From: Vicugna vicugna | Lineage: Eukaryota | Assembly: GCA_013265495.1 (NCBI GenBank) | Contig: MU057416.1 | Span: 862,545 to 926,544, forward strand | Reading direction: 5' to 3' | Length of the DNA: 64,000 nucleotides | In this document: positions 61,938-64,000 of the stretch, piece after piece | How the letters are laid out: the number at the start of each line of letters is the position of its first letter | Numbering within the stretch: the stretch's first letter is position 1 | The notes under the pieces: model-generated | Told to the model about the DNA's origin: nothing | What the model saw: the letters and a program-made list of their open reading frames with translations, nothing else | Database searches by the model: none | Translations under genes and position numbers: made by a program

Positions 61938-64000
61938 GTTTATGATTTTCTTATTAGATTTTGAAAGAATTATAGAAGTAATCTCACTTAATTTCCTATC
62001 CAAAGGAGGAAAATCTTATATTCTAATTAAAAGCATTTATTTCCAAACTCAGCAGGTTAAAAAGGATGACTCTTTACTAGCTGTGTGTTCTCAAGCAAGA
62101 GTTCATCTTCTCTGGGCCTAAGAGAAAGTTAGGCTCATCTGAAGCCAGCCTCTAGGATTTGATGGTAGGATGTATGTAGCCTTCAGTCTATGCTGATGTA
62201 TGAGGTGTTACAGTGGTGTTCATAAATTCTGTTAAATATGTGTTAGACTTAATGTAAATTTGGTTCAAAATAAAGACAAAATATTCACAGTTGAAGGCTT
62301 ATTACTTAAAGTATTATTGTCCGCTCCTGTAGCAAAATGCACAATCAAAAAAAAAATCCTCTATTGTGAGTAATGCTATCTTACTGACACACTGATGACA
62401 TTGTACCGTGACAACGAGTGACTAAGTTCACATTTCTGGGTGAGACGCGGCTCCGGAGGCCCCTGCCTGGGTCCCTGACTTCTCAGCCGGCTCCCTGATC
62501 TCATCTCTGCCAGGTCTCTCCTCTTCCACCTCCCTTCTGCCAAAGCTGTCAGAGCAGGAGGCGCCACTGATCAGCCAAAAAATGAAAACTAAACCACCAC
62601 ATTTAGTTATAGAAAATGTGTCTTTTCCGGAAGAAAGCATGGCAGCAAGTGTTCAGCAGGTGAAGGGAAAAAACCAGAAGGAGCCCCACGCAGGAGGCCC
62701 CGGACCTGCACTCGCACTGGATGCTGACCATGGCTTGCTCACAAGATGGCCTCGCCAGCTCGAGCTGAGCACGGCCACTTAAACACAACAATTTTAAAGC
62801 TTTTCAAGGAGCAAATTAATTCATTTGTTGGTTAAACAGAAATAAGGTCCATTTTTCTCTTCTTAGCCTCAGGCCTAGACTCTCCAAAGGCTGCTAAGCG
62901 GCATAATGACTTCATCTGAATTTCCCTTTTTTCAGGCTACTTTGGAACAAGTACGTGACCAAATTATATGAGTCATCTCGGAGAAACCTCAGACCCAGTC
63001 CCCACGGGGACCCCTGCTCAGCCTGGTCCCCCTGTGTCCCCACTGGCATGAAGGTGTCGAAAGTTCCAGCATCATGGCTCAATGTCACTGGCCTTGTGGC
63101 TCTTTTTGTGGATCTGTCCCTGATAAGTTAACATAAATTATTGCATAACCAAATTTTCAGAAATTTTAGTTTATGTATAGATTTAAAGTTACACTGAGTA
63201 TAAAACAAATTAAATAAAACCGACTTGGACGCTCATCCTTGGGAACCAGCCTGGTGTCCCAGCCACCTCCTCGTGGTCGCGCCTGAGCCACGTCCAGGTA
63301 GGAAGAATCAGTCAGCGGCCTTCCGCGCTGGTAACTGCTAGTGAACGGCTCACTCCAGGTGGACTGGGAAACTCAAAGGAGCCAGGTTATTTGGTCCGTA
63401 AGTTATGCCTGCTGGGGAATAATTCTGGGAGCCTCCTCGACAACAGAACACAATGGCTCAGATATTAACCCAGTGATGGCCTGACTCGGCAGGACCAGAG
63501 GCGTTTCTGAAAGGGGGAAATTGCTTTTATAAGCTCTCTTGCACTGAGCACACTGTTCCTGGGACTCCCTTCACTCTGCCCTAACCCAATCAGACTCTCA
63601 CTTTCTCTTTTCTTCACTGCCCTTCTTCCTTTTCATCCGCTCTCGAGCCCCGGCTCCGCGAGCAGCGAAGGGCGACGCCAGCAGAGAACAACGAATGCAC
63701 CTCGCAGGTCAGCAAACCAGCAGGGACCCTCCTCACCAGGTAAAGGCATCATCTGCTCCCCTTCGAAAAAACGGCACATTTTATTACTGCACTTGCATTT
63801 CTAGGAAATGTTATTTATTATTACACCCTTCATTTCCAGAAAATACTAAATCTAAACCTAAGTCTACAAAGAGCATCCCAGCCTTGTGAACTCCATGAAG
63901 GGAGGATTCATTTATTTTGTTTAATTATGACTGAAGGGTCTGGCACAGCTGCAAACCACCTGGAGAGCTGAGTGTCTCACTGACACGTGGAAGGAGGGTT

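Noticed and set aside
62385..62566. Minus-strand exon candidate as an upstream partner of the 59-60-kb chain
   Set aside because: Its open frame is out of phase with the 60479 exon; at most it could be a non-coding exon
1..64000. Assigning a gene symbol to the locus
   Set aside because: No peptide or UTR was recognised with confidence; needs BLAST or synteny

Overview
Eukaryotic, mammalian DNA, very probably camelid (camel/alpaca): it carries three clear copies of a tRNA-Ala-derived SINE that match my recollection of the camelid Vic-1 type, plus cetartiodactyl-type L1 3' ends. The window is mostly intronic/intergenic and rich in repeats: young and old L1 fragments (many with target-site duplications), L2, MIR, an L3/CR1 relic, hAT MER elements, MaLR LTRs and two ERV1-like solo LTRs. 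There are three CpG-rich promoter-like regions (~4.6-5.2, ~26.1-26.3 and ~38.5-39.4 kb). I recognise no protein-coding gene. The ORF track is explained by L1 ORF2 remnants, GC-rich islands and chance; only low-confidence exon candidates can be proposed from splice signals. There are no prokaryotic features and no CRISPR. I found no well-supported new biological system. The most noteworthy signals are (i) a 4x CCAAT/NF-Y array with 39-41 bp spacing and ABAB structure next to a G4 and a solo LTR (56.8-57.9 kb), (ii) patchy, directional AT->GC drift of old repeats suggesting GC-biased gene conversion, (iii) three minus-strand exon candidates that splice in frame (59.1-60.5 kb) and a 22-nt microexon candidate, and (iv) nested or chimeric retroelements. 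Repeat family names come from recalled consensus sequences, and boundaries are approximate unless a TSD is given.
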